Below, piece by piece: positions 30,774 to 41,706 of a DNA stretch of 64,000 bases. The first letter of the stretch is position 1. Each line of letters opens with the position of its first letter. A model generated the notes under the pieces. It was not told the DNA's origin. It ran no database searches and was given only the letters and a program-made list of their open reading frames with translations. The DNA is from Nitrospirota bacterium (GTDB lineage: Bacteria; Nitrospirota; UBA9217). The DNA lies in NCBI GenBank assembly GCA_963749655.1, contig CAVVOB010000014.1, forward strand, positions 167,452 to 231,451. Direction: 5' to 3'. Position numbers and translations under genes: made by a program.

Positions 30774-33524
30774 ATGAAATCGTTCTGTTGTGCCTTTTTT
30801 GCACTGTGCTTCCTCTGTGCGGCCCTGCCTGCTTTTCCCTCGGAAACATCGTACGAGGGGCTCACCATAAAACAACTCATTCTCAAGGATGACCTCGGCA
30901 ACAACCTGGCAGGAAAAGGCCAGATTGACGAACTCGTCGGCATAAAAGCGGGAGCCCCCTTCTCGGGCGCTGCAATCCGGAAAAGCCTTTCTCTCCTCTA
31001 CCTCAAAGGGACGTACCGGGACATCCGCGTCGAAGCCATTCCCGAGAACGGCGGTGTACGGCTCGAATATACCTTCGAGCTGATAACGGTCGTCGACAAG
31101 GTCGTGGTGCGAGGCACCTCCGCCGTTTCGACAAGCACCATCACCGAGGCGCTCCCGACGATCGCCGGCAGGGAGCTTCGCCAGAACAAACTGTCCGACT
31201 TCCGGACCGATATCGCCACGCTCTATCAGGCGCAGGGCTATTACGACGCGGTGGTGTCCTTCCATGTCGTTCCGCTCAAGGACCCTCACCATGTGGAACT
31301 GCAGATCGATATTGCAGAAGGAGCACCCACGCTCATCGCGGAGATCTCCTTTGAGGGGAACAAAGTGTTCACGAACAAGGAGCTTCTCGCAGTCATGAAA
31401 AGCCGTGTCGGGAAGCCTGTCAGGCGCGATCTGCTCCTGGACACCGACATGGAGGCAATCGTCAAGAAATACGCAGCTGCGGGATATCCGGCCGCGAAAG
31501 CAGGGCCGGTCAACATGAGCTTCCGGAACAACAAGGCCTACATCAGCGTTCTTGGGAGCGAAGGTCAGCACGTATCGGTCAAATTCACGGGCAACCATGA
31601 ATTCAGCTCCCGGAAGCTCGGCAAAACACTGCTCATCTGGTCCGAACACGACATTTCCGACGCCGTAATCGACAGCAGCACGGACAAGATCAAAAGCATG
31701 TACCGCGAACAGGGCTATGCCGACATCGCGGTTGAGGTAAAGAAGACGGAGGCTCCGGGAAGCCTGGACCTCGATATCTCGATCACCGAGGGACCGCGCA
31801 TCGTGGTCGACGCCATCGTCCTCCGGGGCAACACGGTATTCCCGTCCCCGGAGATCAAGAAACAGATGGCCTTGAAGGAGTCCGGCTGGTTCCGGTCGCG
31901 GCCCTTCCGGGAAGACCTGCTGGACAAGGATGTGGACAACCTCCGCGACCGCTATCTCGAGGCGGGCTATCTCTCCGTCGCGGTCAAAAAAAATGTGGCC
32001 CGGAGCGCCGACGGAACCGAGGCTCTGGTGACGATCGACATCACCGAGGGGGCGCAGACGAAGACAGGCGCAGTGGTCTTCGAAGGAAACACGGTCTTTA
32101 CAGCGGCCGAGCTCATGGATAAGGTCAACCTGAAGCCGGGAACACCCTTCAACGAGCGGATCCTGGATGAGGACAAATACCGGATCCTTTCCGCCTACTC
32201 GGGCAAAGGATATTTGTATGCGCGGGTTGATGCGGAAAAGACGTCCGCAGGCAGCAGCGTCGGCATCCGGTACCGGATCACGGAAGACCAGCCCGTTCAT
32301 ATCGGCAGGATCATCCTTCGGGGAAACATCCGCACGAAAGACTATGTCATTATGCGGGAGCTCCTGGTGAAGCCCGGCGACGCCTACGACTACGGGGCGA
32401 TCCTTTCGAGCCAGCAGCGCATCTATCACCTGGGGTACTTCCGCTTGGCCAAAATCGAGCCCGTCCATCCCGGTTACCGGGAACCGACCGAGGACATGCT
32501 CCTGACCGTCGAGGAGCGGCCCGCGGGGATGGGAGAATTCGGGTTCGGGTACGGGGATCTCGATCGCCTGAGGGGGAGCGCGGAGGTGGGATACCGCAAC
32601 CTCTGGGGAACTGCCGAATATACGAGCGTACGCTACGAGCAGAGCGACATCCTCAAGCGGGCGATCTTCAATTACAAGAAACCATGGTTCCTGAACCGAA
32701 GAATCGAATCGACCTTCAGCCTCGTATGGTCCGATTCGGAAAAACTGAACTCCGATACGCGGGAGATCTACTACAAGTCCCGCAAGACCGCGGCCTCCTT
32801 CGGCATCCAGAAGACATACGGCAAGCTCACGCCGTCGATCACCTACGAGTTCGAGAATGTCGTCAACTATGACGTGCTGGAAGCCGCCCAGATAACGACC
32901 GAGGACAGCGGGAGAGTGCTCGTCAGCAGCCTGAGTCCCGCCCTCATCCTGGACCTCCGCGACGACGTCTTCAACCCCCGCCGGGGATCGCTCTACGGCA
33001 TCATTCTGAAGGAGGCCCTTCGCGAGCTCTGGTCGCAGGCCGAATTTACGAAACTCAGCGTGCAGGGAAGCTGGTTCCTTCCCGTCGGCGACAACGTGAT
33101 CGCCCTTTCCGCCCGGGGCGGAGCAGCCTGGCCCTACGGCGGCACGGCCGAGGTCCCCCTGCACGAGCGGTTCTACGTGGGCGGCAGCACCACCGTGCGC
33201 GGCTTTACGCAGGACTCGATCGGCCCCAGCGCCCTCGATGCAAACGGCAACCCGGTGCCGCAGGGAGGCGCGAGCATGGTGGTCCTGAACGCCGAGTTCA
33301 GGGTGAATCCCGGTGAAGGCCTGGGGTTCGTGCTCTTTACCGACGCGGGAAATGTGTGGCCGGGGCAGGAGATGAACCTGAACAGCCTCCGGGCATCGTA
33401 CGGCGCGGGCATCCGGTACGGCACTCCCATCGGACCGCTCAGGATCGATTACGGACAGAAATTCCATCAGCTCCCGGGAGAAAGTCCGGGAGAGCTGCAC
33501 TTCAACATCGGGAACACGTTTTAA
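30774..33524 (+). CDS. bamA: Outer membrane protein assembly factor BamA family
   Basis: Signal peptide, repeated POTRA domains, GGSTTVRGF, GIRYGTPIGPLRIDYG, terminal Phe. Confidence 0.9.
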   Translation: MKSFCCAFFALCFLCAALPAFPSETSYEGLTIKQLILKDDLGNNLAGKGQIDELVGIKAGAPFSGAAIRKSLSLLYLKGTYRDIRVEAIPENGGVRLEYTFELITVVDKVVVRGTSAVSTSTITEALPTIAGRELRQNKLSDFRTDIATLYQAQGYYDAVVSFHVVPLKDPHHVELQIDIAEGAPTLIAEISFEGNKVFTNKELLAVMKSRVGKPVRRDLLLDTDMEAIVKKYAAAGYPAAKAGPVNMSFRNNKAYISVLGSEGQHVSVKFTGNHEFSSRKLGKTLLIWSEHDISDAVIDSSTDKIKSMYREQGYADIAVEVKKTEAPGSLDLDISITEGPRIVVDAIVLRGNTVFPSPEIKKQMALKESGWFRSRPFREDLLDKDVDNLRDRYLEAGYLSVAVKKNVARSADGTEALVTIDITEGAQTKTGAVVFEGNTVFTAAELMDKVNLKPGTPFNERILDEDKYRILSAYSGKGYLYARVDAEKTSAGSSVGIRYRITEDQPVHIGRIILRGNIRTKDYVIMRELLVKPGDAYDYGAILSSQQRIYHLGYFRLAKIEPVHPGYREPTEDMLLTVEERPAGMGEFGFGYGDLDRLRGSAEVGYRNLWGTAEYTSVRYEQSDILKRAIFNYKKPWFLNRRIESTFSLVWSDSEKLNSDTREIYYKSRKTAASFGIQKTYGKLTPSITYEFENVVNYDVLEAAQITTEDSGRVLVSSLSPALILDLRDDVFNPRRGSLYGIILKEALRELWSQAEFTKLSVQGSWFLPVGDNVIALSARGGAAWPYGGTAEVPLHERFYVGGSTTVRGFTQDSIGPSALDANGNPVPQGGASMVVLNAEFRVNPGEGLGFVLFTDAGNVWPGQEMNLNSLRASYGAGIRYGTPIGPLRIDYGQKFHQLPGESPGELHFNIGNTF

Positions 33525-33529
33525 AAACG

Positions 33530-33676
33530 GAGTTTTTAGTTCTTAGTTTTTAGTTATTAGTTTAGACCAAAGTTCGAATTTCATGCCGAAAGAATAGATC
33601 TCGCGGCAGCTCGTGTCCTTGAACGGTTTATGACAGAGGTTAAAACTAGAAACTCAAAACTTAAAACTCAAAACTG
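33530..33676. repeat. Inverted-repeat element of 7-mer units
   Basis: gagtttttagttcttagtttttagttattagttt ... taaaactagaaactcaaaacttaaaactcaaaactg. Confidence 0.85.
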
Positions 33677-33767
33677 CACCTCGTATCTCTCTGTACTAGA
33701 CAGCATGTTCGTGCTATTATGTATGCAGAAAATCTTGCAGAAAAACGCTTCTGAAGGTGCCTGACCA

Positions 33768-35703
33768 TTGAACATTCACCGCAAAATAATCACCATCGTG
33801 GCCGTCGGTATGGCCCTCTTCCTCGTCATCGTGATCCTTTCGCTGTTCAGCCTGATGTCATCCTTTTCCGGAGTCATGACGCAAATAGATTCCTATACGC
33901 AGTACATGCACAGCATCCAGGACGTGGAAAAAGAAATGAAGGGGATGACCGCCGGCATCAGCCAATATGTCCGGCGCAAGGACCCCCAGCATTCGGCAGC
34001 GTACCTGACGTCGCGCGCGGCATGCCCATCGATTGCTCGACGATCTCGACATGCGCAACAGCGACCGGCAGGAGCGCGACCTGCTGATCTCCCTCAAGCT
34101 TGCACTTAAAGCCCTCGACAAGGACGCGGACCAGATCTTTTCCCTGCGGGACCCTGCAGGTGCGGACCGGACGCGCGCCCACAGCCTTGTGGTCGATATG
34201 GACGGCATCCTTGCGAAAAGGGAAGCGGAAATCGAGAACCACTTCAAGGAGGTCCGTGCGGAACAGACGAATATGCTCGCGGGGTACTTCTACTTCCTGA
34301 GGACCCGGGTCGTGCTTCTCCTTCTGCTTATCCTCATCACTTCGATCAGCTTCCTTCTCGGATTCGGCCTCTATCTCCACCGCAAGGTCGCAGTGCCCCT
34401 GGGCGAGCTGTGGAAAGGCGCCACCGAGATCAGCCGGGGCAACCTCGATTACCAGATGCGGCTCAAGGGAACGAGCGATGTGGCCCAGCTGGCAGAGCAG
34501 TTCAACGATATGGCCCAGAAGCTGAAGAGCTCCTACGGCGAGCTCGAGAAGAAACTGCTTGAACGCACGAACGAGCTGGCTGCCATCGACTCCGTGGCGC
34601 TCACGCTCGGCCAGTCGGGGAACCTCAAGGACATGCTGTCAAGGTCCCTCGACAAGATCCTGGAAAGCCTCTCGGGGCTGGAGCCCCGCGGCGGCGCGTT
34701 CCTCTGTCATCCCGACGGCGAGACCCTCCGCCTCGTGGCCCACAAGGGGCTGCCCCCGGAATTCATCCAACAGGAGGAAACGATCGGCATGGGAGAATGC
34801 CTCTGCGGCATGGTGGCGCAGACCGGGGAGATCCTGTACTCCGAGCACGGCTGCTCCGATCCCCGGCATTCCCGGGGCAAGGAAGCTGCCGACCACTCCC
34901 ATATCATCATCCCGATCAAGTCGCGCGGCATCGTTCTGGGCGTCGTGTTCCTCTACCCCCAGAAGGAGTTTACCCTCAAGCCGTCCGATCTCCAGATGCT
35001 CGAAACGATCGGCACCCAGCTCGGCATGGCGGTCGAGAACCTGCGGTTCTATGCGGAAGTGAAGGAATCCAGTGAGAAGTTCTGGGACCTCTTCGAGAAT
35101 TCCCTCGACATCCTGCTGACCACCGACGCCTCGGGAACCGTGACGGCGGCGAACAAGACCGCCGAGACATTCTCCGGGTATACCAAGAGCGACCTCATCG
35201 GCAAGAATATCCTTGACGTTCTCACTCCCGAGGGCGCCGAAACCGCCAAGCGGATGCTCCGCGGCGACACGGACGTTGCGGGCCAGGTTGTCGAGTTCGA
35301 AGTGATCAAACGCGACAGCAGCAGGGCCTTTGTCGAAATGAGCGGCCGCAGACTGATCACGCAGACTTCCCGGGGCGGGTATCAGATCTCCGCGCGGGAC
35401 ATGACGGAGCAGCGGCTCCTCAGGGAAAAAGTCCTGAGGGCCGAGCGGCTCGGAGCGATCGGCGAGATCGTGATCGCCGTCCGCCACGAAATCAACAACC
35501 CCCTGACCACCGTCATCGGGAACATCGAGCTCCTGATCGAACGCTATGGCGACCGGAACGACGACCTTTCGGCACGGCTCCAGACCATCCTGAACAACGC
35601 CCTCAGGATCGCAGAGATCGTGAAGCAGCTGAAAGGCATCAAGCGTGACAAGGTCGTGGAGTACGTTCAAGGCGTGCCCATGACCGACATCAAGCAGGAA
35701 TAG
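33768..35703 (+). CDS. Membrane sensor HAMP-GAF-PAS-HisKA lacking an ATPase domain (frame break near 34025)
   Basis: Two TM helices, HAMP (LAEQFNDM), GAF (GECLCG), PAS, RHEINNPL, then a stop about 70 aa later. Confidence 0.85.
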
Positions 35704-35710
35704 GAGCGCC

Positions 35711-36364
35711 ATGGTACCCGTACTTCTCCATCGCCGCCCGGCGAGGCCCCCATACGCTGCTCTTCTGCTGCTCTTCCTGCTCATTCTCCCTCCGGCTGTT
35801 CAGGCCGAAGTGGTGGACCACATCGCCGCCGCGGTCAACAACGAGGTGATCACCGCAAGCGAGCTGGCGCAGGTTGTGGCGCTGAACGTGCGCATCGGCA
35901 AGCCCGAGCCGGACCGGAAAAAACTGGAGTCGGAAACGCTCGAAGGGATCGTCAATCGCCGGCTGCTGATACAGGAAGCCAGAAGACTCAAGTTCGTCGA
36001 AGTATCGGACCAGGAGGTCGCCGCCGATTTAGACAGGATCAAAAAGCGGTTCGGGTCTCCGGAGGATTTTGCCGGCTTCTTGAAAACAACGGACCTGACG
36101 GAAGATGAGCTGGCCCGTATGCTGGGGGAGCAGCTCCTCGTCGAAAAATTCGTCGAAAAAAAGATCGGGCTCTTCGTGCGGGTGACCCGCGAGGACGAGG
36201 AACGGTTTTTCACGGACCATGCCGACCGCTTCAAGGGCAAGCGGTTCCAGGACGTTCAGAAAAACATTACAGCGCTGCTGACCGACCGCAAGGTGGGTGA
36301 GCAGCTCGACCAGTACGTGGCCGAACTCCGGGGCAAGGCCGAAATCCGTATAAACCGGCCCTAG
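35711..36364 (+). CDS. SurA N-terminal domain protein
   Basis: AEVVDHIAAAVNNEVITASEL ... ELRGKAEIRI; close to bamA. Confidence 0.8.
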   Translation: MVPVLLHRRPARPPYAALLLLFLLILPPAVQAEVVDHIAAAVNNEVITASELAQVVALNVRIGKPEPDRKKLESETLEGIVNRRLLIQEARRLKFVEVSDQEVAADLDRIKKRFGSPEDFAGFLKTTDLTEDELARMLGEQLLVEKFVEKKIGLFVRVTREDEERFFTDHADRFKGKRFQDVQKNITALLTDRKVGEQLDQYVAELRGKAEIRINRP

Positions 36365-36386
36365 CGAACCGTTCCCGGCCCTACTC

Positions 36387-36584
36387 GTGGAGCCCCCTCC
36401 GGCATCCCGACCTGTCGGGACTAAAATTGACGCGACCTCCCGCCTGCACCCGGCGTTTACGAGTGCGGATGCGCGGAGCGCCAGGTGGAACTGCGAACTC
36501 GCGCATGCGTGACGCGTTCGTGTCACGCGCGAGAGAGCGCTTTCCACCCCCGGCCGGAGTGGGGATGCCAAGGCGCGGGATTGC
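36387..36584. repeat. Structured dispersed repeat, copy 2 (about 43-nt internal insertion)
   Basis: Same ends as copies 1 and 3, with extra gcctgcacccggcg...cgccaggt. Confidence 0.92.
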
Positions 36585-36631
36585 GCCGGGGTAATAGGGA
36601 AGGCAAAAACACAAAGAAAGACGGAGGAACC

Positions 36632-37576
36632 ATGCGCAATCTTTTTGCCGTCATTGTTCTCGGCCTGGCCCTGGCCGCCTCGGCCGGCTGCACGCTCCTC
36701 AAGGTCAATATGACCCCGGAAGTGCAGCCCCTGGAAGAACGCGCGATCTCGGGCAGCGGCAGCGACAAGATCGTGCTGATCGATCTTTCGGGATTCATTT
36801 CATCGTCGCGGGAAGGCGGTTCGTCCCTGGGCTCCGGGAAGCGTCCCGGCCTGCTCGCACGCATGCGGGAGGAGCTTGACCGAGCCCGGCAGGACCGCAG
36901 CGTGAAGGCCGTCGTGCTCCGCGTCAACAGCCCCGGCGGCAGCGTGACGGCGTCGGACGTGCTGTATCACGAGCTCAGGCAATTCAGGCAGGACACGGGA
37001 GCGAAGCTCGTGGCCCACATCATGGACCTGGGGACGTCGGGCGCATATTACGCAGCTCTTGCCGCGGACCGGATCACGGCCCAGCCCACGAGCGTCACGG
37101 GCAGCATCGGCGTCATCATGTACCGCCTCGATGCAACGGGCCTCCTGCAGAAAATCGGCATCCAGGGCGTCGAAATCGCCTCGGGAGAGCACAAGGGCAT
37201 GGGCTCGCCCCTGCGGCCGGCAACGAACGAGGAGCTGGCCCTTTTCCGGAACATCATCGACAACATGCAAGCGAGGTTCATCGATACGGTGGTCGAGGGA
37301 CGCGGGCTTGCACCGGATGTCGTGAAGAAACTCGCCGACGGCCGGATCTATTCGAGCCGGGAGGCGCAGGCTGCGGGGCTCATCGACGGCATCGGCTACC
37401 TGGACGACGCCGTCGCGCTGGCCCGGAAGCTCTCGAACCTGGAGCGCGCGTCCGTTGTCACGTATTTCCGGCCCGGCGAGTACCGCGCGAACGTCTATGC
37501 GTTCAATCTCGTCAATATCGACATGAGCGCGCTGACCGAACCCGGGGCCCACTTCCTGTACGTCTGGTGGCCATGA
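36632..37576 (+). CDS. sppA: Signal peptide peptidase SppA (S49), lipoprotein
   Basis: SAGC lipobox, LRVNSPGG, TSGAYY, TGSIGV, ADGRIY, GLIDGIG. Confidence 0.9.
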   Translation: MRNLFAVIVLGLALAASAGCTLLKVNMTPEVQPLEERAISGSGSDKIVLIDLSGFISSSREGGSSLGSGKRPGLLARMREELDRARQDRSVKAVVLRVNSPGGSVTASDVLYHELRQFRQDTGAKLVAHIMDLGTSGAYYAALAADRITAQPTSVTGSIGVIMYRLDATGLLQKIGIQGVEIASGEHKGMGSPLRPATNEELALFRNIIDNMQARFIDTVVEGRGLAPDVVKKLADGRIYSSREAQAAGLIDGIGYLDDAVALARKLSNLERASVVTYFRPGEYRANVYAFNLVNIDMSALTEPGAHFLYVWWP

Positions 37577-37584
37577 TCGTTTTT

Positions 37585-37863
37585 AACCACCGATCAACAC
37601 GGTTAAATGCCGATGATCCTCAGTACGGCAGTTGGAACCAAGTGAAGGTTCGTAAAGGTATGATAAACACAGATGAAAAACAAAATCAGGAACAGACCTC
37701 ATTTCGGTGTCGCACCCGCCTGGTGAATCAGGCTTTTGATTTAACGTTCGGATTTATCCGTGTTTATCCGTGTGCATCAGTGGTTAACTGTTTTTTTCAG
37801 GATGATGCGAAGCCTCAAATGATCACGGTGCCGGTTTTGTTTTTACCCTGTTCATCCGTGGTT
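37585..37863. repeat. Nested or degenerate 9-mer inverted-repeat elements
   Basis: aaccaccgatcaacacggtt ... atccgtgtttatccgtgtgcatcagtggtt ... ttcatccgtggtt. Confidence 0.7.
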
Positions 37864-37952
37864 ATGCGCACGTTTCAACTCTTGTGATTCATGACAGTTG
37901 ACAGCGGTTCGGACACTATGATATGGTTAGAGCGATGAGAGAGGAGGCATGC

Positions 37953-38432
37953 ATGAGAAACGTTCGGGTAAGTGTCGTTGTGCTGTCACTTCTTCTGGGG
38001 CTGGCGCCCCTTGCCGCGTACGCTGCGGAGGAGGACCTCTTCGACACCAAGGCCGCTGCAGGGCATGTGGAAAAGGGGGTGGCCGAACTGAAGGCAAAAA
38101 ACTATGACGCCGCCGTTGCGGAGTTCGAAGAGGCGGCCTCCATCTCGCCGGAAGCCGAGGCTTACTACTATCTCGGTTACGCCTATTACATGAAAGGCAG
38201 GGCCGGAGACGAGGAAAGCCGGAAGCTGTCCCTCGAGAATTTCGACAAGGCCTTTGAGCTCGATCCGGGTTTCACGCCCACGCGGTACAAGCCGGCTGAA
38301 GCACCGCCCAAGGCAGAGGCGGAAAAGTTCGATAAAATCCCGGCGCAGACGCCCGCAGCGAACGTCGAGTCAACGCCTTCTGCATCGGCCCCCCCCGCGC
38401 CGCAGCCGCACGCGGAGCAGCCCAAGCAATAG
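37953..38432 (+). CDS. Exported TPR-repeat protein
   Basis: Signal peptide, AEAYYYLGYAYY, AFELDP, Pro/Ala-rich tail. Confidence 0.8.
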   Translation: MRNVRVSVVVLSLLLGLAPLAAYAAEEDLFDTKAAAGHVEKGVAELKAKNYDAAVAEFEEAASISPEAEAYYYLGYAYYMKGRAGDEESRKLSLENFDKAFELDPGFTPTRYKPAEAPPKAEAEKFDKIPAQTPAANVESTPSASAPPAPQPHAEQPKQ

Positions 38433-38435
38433 GAG

Positions 38436-39191
38436 CTAGCCCAGTCGGAGGCCCTGCGTAACCTGCTGTTTAATGAAGGCCTTGATCAGCTCCTGGTCTT
38501 CCGGCCTGATGCGGACGATCTTGATGCCCATCCCCGCCGCACGGGTCGGATCGATGTCCTTCTCCGTTGAGTACAGCACGATCCCCTCGATTCTGATCGC
38601 AGCATTCCCGAGAAACAGAGTGACCGGCACCTGCGTTCCCTTCGTCTTCGGATTGAAGGTGCTCACGTAGAGGCCGTGCTCCGACAGCGCCGTGACGAAG
38701 TCTTTCCCCGGCGCCACCGGGCCGGCCTTTTCCCCGACCGTCACATTCAGCCTGGTTCTGAGCCTGATGTATCCGCGGGGTGTCGGTTCCGTCGCCTTCT
38801 GGATCGTCGCGTAGAGAGCATCAGGGTCGACCGGCTTTTTGACGAACGCCGCCGCTCCTGCCTGAAGGCAAAGCTCCCTGATCGACGGGTCCTTCACCGG
38901 GCCGTAGACGATCACCGGGACCGCTTTCGTCTTCACGTTGGCCTTGATCGCTTTCAGCAGATCGAGGCCGCTCATCTTTTCCACTTTTACCTCCGTCAGG
39001 AGGAGCGACGGGAGGGAAATGTTCATGATCTCCAGCGCCTCTTCAGCCGATCTGGTGGTATAGATGGTATAATCGAGCCGCTGCAGAAGCATGCTCATAT
39101 AATAGAGGTGCTCCGCATCTCCGTCAACGATGAGCAGGAGCCGCTTCTTTCGTTCATCAGAGTGTGTTGTCGACTTTGGCGCTTCCGCCAT
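38436..39191 (-). CDS. Atypical receiver domain + PilZ domain protein
   Basis: LLIVDGD, LLLTE (Asp replaced by Glu), KPVD; RGYIR and ALSEHG PilZ-like motifs, GMGIK. Confidence 0.82.
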   Translation of the reverse strand: MAEAPKSTTHSDERKKRLLLIVDGDAEHLYYMSMLLQRLDYTIYTTRSAEEALEIMNISLPSLLLTEVKVEKMSGLDLLKAIKANVKTKAVPVIVYGPVKDPSIRELCLQAGAAAFVKKPVDPDALYATIQKATEPTPRGYIRLRTRLNVTVGEKAGPVAPGKDFVTALSEHGLYVSTFNPKTKGTQVPVTLFLGNAAIRIEGIVLYSTEKDIDPTRAAGMGIKIVRIRPEDQELIKAFIKQQVTQGLRLG

Positions 39192-39194
39192 GGT

Positions 39195-39536
39195 TCATTC
39201 CTCCTTGTCAAGACTGTTTCCCCCTGGTATGGGGAGAATGACTTCACACGCCTCTGAACGTCTCTTCGGAACGGCGCAGGTCAGGGCCTCCAGGGCGCTC
39301 AGGAGCCGGAGGGCGTCCTCGCGGCTGGCGCCGCAAAATTCTTCCGATGCCTGGTACGAACCGCACACCGCGGGCCGGCCGGGCTGCTCGTAAATTCCGC
39401 ACCGATGGGCCTCGGTCAGATGCAGGCACTTTGTTCCCGCCGGTTTCCCCGCCGGCATCCCGGGAAGAGACGACGACAGCGAGGGCGCTATGCAGCAGGC
39501 TCCGCAGCCGATGCGGCAGGCCATTGTTTTCCTCAT
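39195..39536 (-). CDS. YkgJ-family cysteine cluster protein
   Basis: [22 protein letters not shown]...RPAVC. Confidence 0.85.
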   Translation of the reverse strand: MRKTMACRIGCGACCIAPSLSSSLPGMPAGKPAGTKCLHLTEAHRCGIYEQPGRPAVCGSYQASEEFCGASREDALRLLSALEALTCAVPKRRSEACEVILPIPGGNSLDKEE

Positions 39537-40561
39537 GCCTGGAAAAGCTTCCCCTGCACGAAGGCCGCGAGGCTTTTCGTCCGGCTGAGCAATTTTTCAA
39601 ATTCCCTGAAATGCAGCGACTGGGGTCCGTCGGACAGGGCCTGCTCGGGTGCGGGATGGATCTCGACCATGGCGCCGTGGGCGCCGACGACGATTGATGC
39701 GAGAGCCGCAGGGGCCACCAGGTCGCGTTTGCCCGTTGCATGGCTCGGATCGAAAATAACCGGAAGATGAGTCATTTTTTTTACGAGCGGGATGATGGCG
39801 AGGTCGGCGGTGTTTCGGGTCGCGTTCTCAAAGGTCCTGATCCCCCGCTCGCACAAGACCACGTCGGGATTGCCGTTCAGCAGGATATATTCCGCCGAGC
39901 CCAGCCACTCCTCGATGGTGGCTGACAGCCCGCGCTTCAGGATCACGGGCTTGCGGATCTTGCCGACCTCGGTCAGCAGGTCGAAGTTCTGCATGTTCCG
40001 GGCGCCGATCTGGAGGATGTCGACCTTGTCGGCCACGATCTCGACGTGCTCCGGGCTCACGATCTCGGTGACGACCAGGAGCCCTGTCTTGCGCCGTACC
40101 TCGTCGAGCAGGTCCAGCCCTTCCTCGCGCAGTCCCTGGAAACTGTGGGGGCTGGTGCGGGGTTTGTACGCACCGCCGCGCAGCACGCCGACGCCCGTCT
40201 TCTTCAGGAAGACCGCCGTCTTCATGAGCTGGTCCCTGCTCTCGACCGCGCATGGCCCCGCGATCATCAGGAACGGCGACGCGCCTCCCACCTTGATCCT
40301 TCTCCCGAGGTCAACGACCGTGTCTTTGGGATGAAAGTCGCGGCTCACGAGCTTGTAGGGCTTCGTGACGTGGATGATCTCCTGGACCGCCTTGTTGCCG
40401 CGGAGCGGAGAATCGTCGATCCAGCCCTGGTTGCCGATGACGCCGATGGCCGTGCGCTCCGCGCCCGGGATGGCGACGGGCATGAATCCCATCTTCGTTA
40501 TCACGTGCTTGATCTGTTCCACGTCCTTTGCCGTGGCAGCATGGCGCAATACGATCAGCAT
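39533..40561 (-). CDS. aroF: DAHP synthase type I-beta with N-terminal regulatory domain
   Basis: [45 protein letters not shown]. Confidence 0.95.
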   Translation of the reverse strand: MLIVLRHAATAKDVEQIKHVITKMGFMPVAIPGAERTAIGVIGNQGWIDDSPLRGNKAVQEIIHVTKPYKLVSRDFHPKDTVVDLGRRIKVGGASPFLMIAGPCAVESRDQLMKTAVFLKKTGVGVLRGGAYKPRTSPHSFQGLREEGLDLLDEVRRKTGLLVVTEIVSPEHVEIVADKVDILQIGARNMQNFDLLTEVGKIRKPVILKRGLSATIEEWLGSAEYILLNGNPDVVLCERGIRTFENATRNTADLAIIPLVKKMTHLPVIFDPSHATGKRDLVAPAALASIVVGAHGAMVEIHPAPEQALSDGPQSLHFREFEKLLSRTKSLAAFVQGKLFQA

Positions 40562-40577
40562 TGTCGGCCTGGTCCTT

Positions 40578-40787
40578 TCACTTTGCCTTTTCCCGCTTCC
40601 TGCGCTCGGTGATCGTCTCGCCGGCGATGCCCCAGTTGTCCGTGTCAACCTCTTCGATGACCACGACCGTGGTCTGCGGGTTCTTTCCCAGGACGTCCCG
40701 GAGCATATCGGTCACCCCCTGGATGAGCTGTTTCTTCTGAGCAGCTGTCGCGCCTTCCCGTGTGATCTTGATGTTCACATAAGGCAT
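40578..40787 (-). CDS. 4-oxalocrotonate tautomerase family protein
   Basis: N-terminal Pro (MPYVNIKIT), QKKQLI, NWGIAG. Confidence 0.9.
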   Translation of the reverse strand: MPYVNIKITREGATAAQKKQLIQGVTDMLRDVLGKNPQTTVVVIEEVDTDNWGIAGETITERRKREKAK

Positions 40788-40859
40788 GATCAACCTCCCT
40801 GCGACGTTCTTATTAACTCCCGTTCTTCGCGCCTTTGCGTCTTTGCATGAAAAAATGGT

Positions 40860-41645
40860 TCAAAAGATCGTGCCGCCGATGTGGCTCATGGTCAGGCCCT
40901 TGGTGATCTCGCGCTTGATGAAGGACCTGATGACGGCCTGGTCTTCGGGATTGATGCGGGCGAACTTGATCCCCATGCCCGGCGTCTTGAGCGGCCCCTT
41001 GCCCCGGTCGAAGCTGTAGAGGACCATGCCCTCGACCTTGATCTTCGAATCTTCCAGAAAGATCGTGATCGGGACCTGAAGCCCCATGGGCCTCGGCTTC
41101 GTAGTGCTCACGAACATGCCCTGTTCCGACAGGGCGGTGATGTAGTCGCCGATTACGAACGCGGCGGCGTCCTTTTCCTCTCCCACGAGCACGTTCAGGC
41201 AGGTATTGAGGCGGATGTACTGACGGGGCAGGGATTCCGTGGCCTTCTGAATGGCGGCATACAGAATGTCCGGCTCCACGGGCTTCCAGAGGTAGGCAGC
41301 GCATCCGTCCTTCTGGCAGGCGGCCTTTATCTCCGCGTCTCTTGAGGCGGTGAGGATGATCACGGGAATAGAGAACGTCCGGGGGTTGCGCTTGATCTTG
41401 CCGAGCAGCTCGGTCCCGCTTGTGCCTTTCAGGACCGCTTCGGTCAGGACGAGGGCCGGGTGGGCCACGTCCACGATCTCGAGGGTGTCTTCAGCGATCT
41501 TCGTCGTATGAATGTCATAATCGAGCCGTTGAAGCAGCATGCTGGTATAGTACAGATGGGAGCTCTCGCTGTCGACCACGACAAGGAGGCGCTTCTCCCG
41601 CTCCCCTGATCGAGGTTTCGTATCCGGTGCTCCTTCGTTTGCCAT
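40860..41645 (-). CDS. Atypical receiver domain + PilZ domain protein (paralogue of 38436..39191)
   Basis: LLVVVDSE, LVLTE, KPVE; RQYIR, ALSEQG, PGMGIKF. Confidence 0.82.
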   Translation of the reverse strand: MANEGAPDTKPRSGEREKRLLVVVDSESSHLYYTSMLLQRLDYDIHTTKIAEDTLEIVDVAHPALVLTEAVLKGTSGTELLGKIKRNPRTFSIPVIILTASRDAEIKAACQKDGCAAYLWKPVEPDILYAAIQKATESLPRQYIRLNTCLNVLVGEEKDAAAFVIGDYITALSEQGMFVSTTKPRPMGLQVPITIFLEDSKIKVEGMVLYSFDRGKGPLKTPGMGIKFARINPEDQAVIRSFIKREITKGLTMSHIGGTIF

Positions 41646-41706
41646 GGACCGTCCTCTCTCACTATGTTCACGAGAATGCCGTCTCCGGCTTGCTGAATAA
41701 TCGGGA

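Noticed and set aside
30753-33500. 915-aa antisense ORF and similar long shadow ORFs (7485..8894, 8955..10409, 20089..21462, 42730..43989, 60974..62242)
   Set aside because: They mirror well-supported genes on the opposite strand, as expected from high-GC codon bias, and have no motifs
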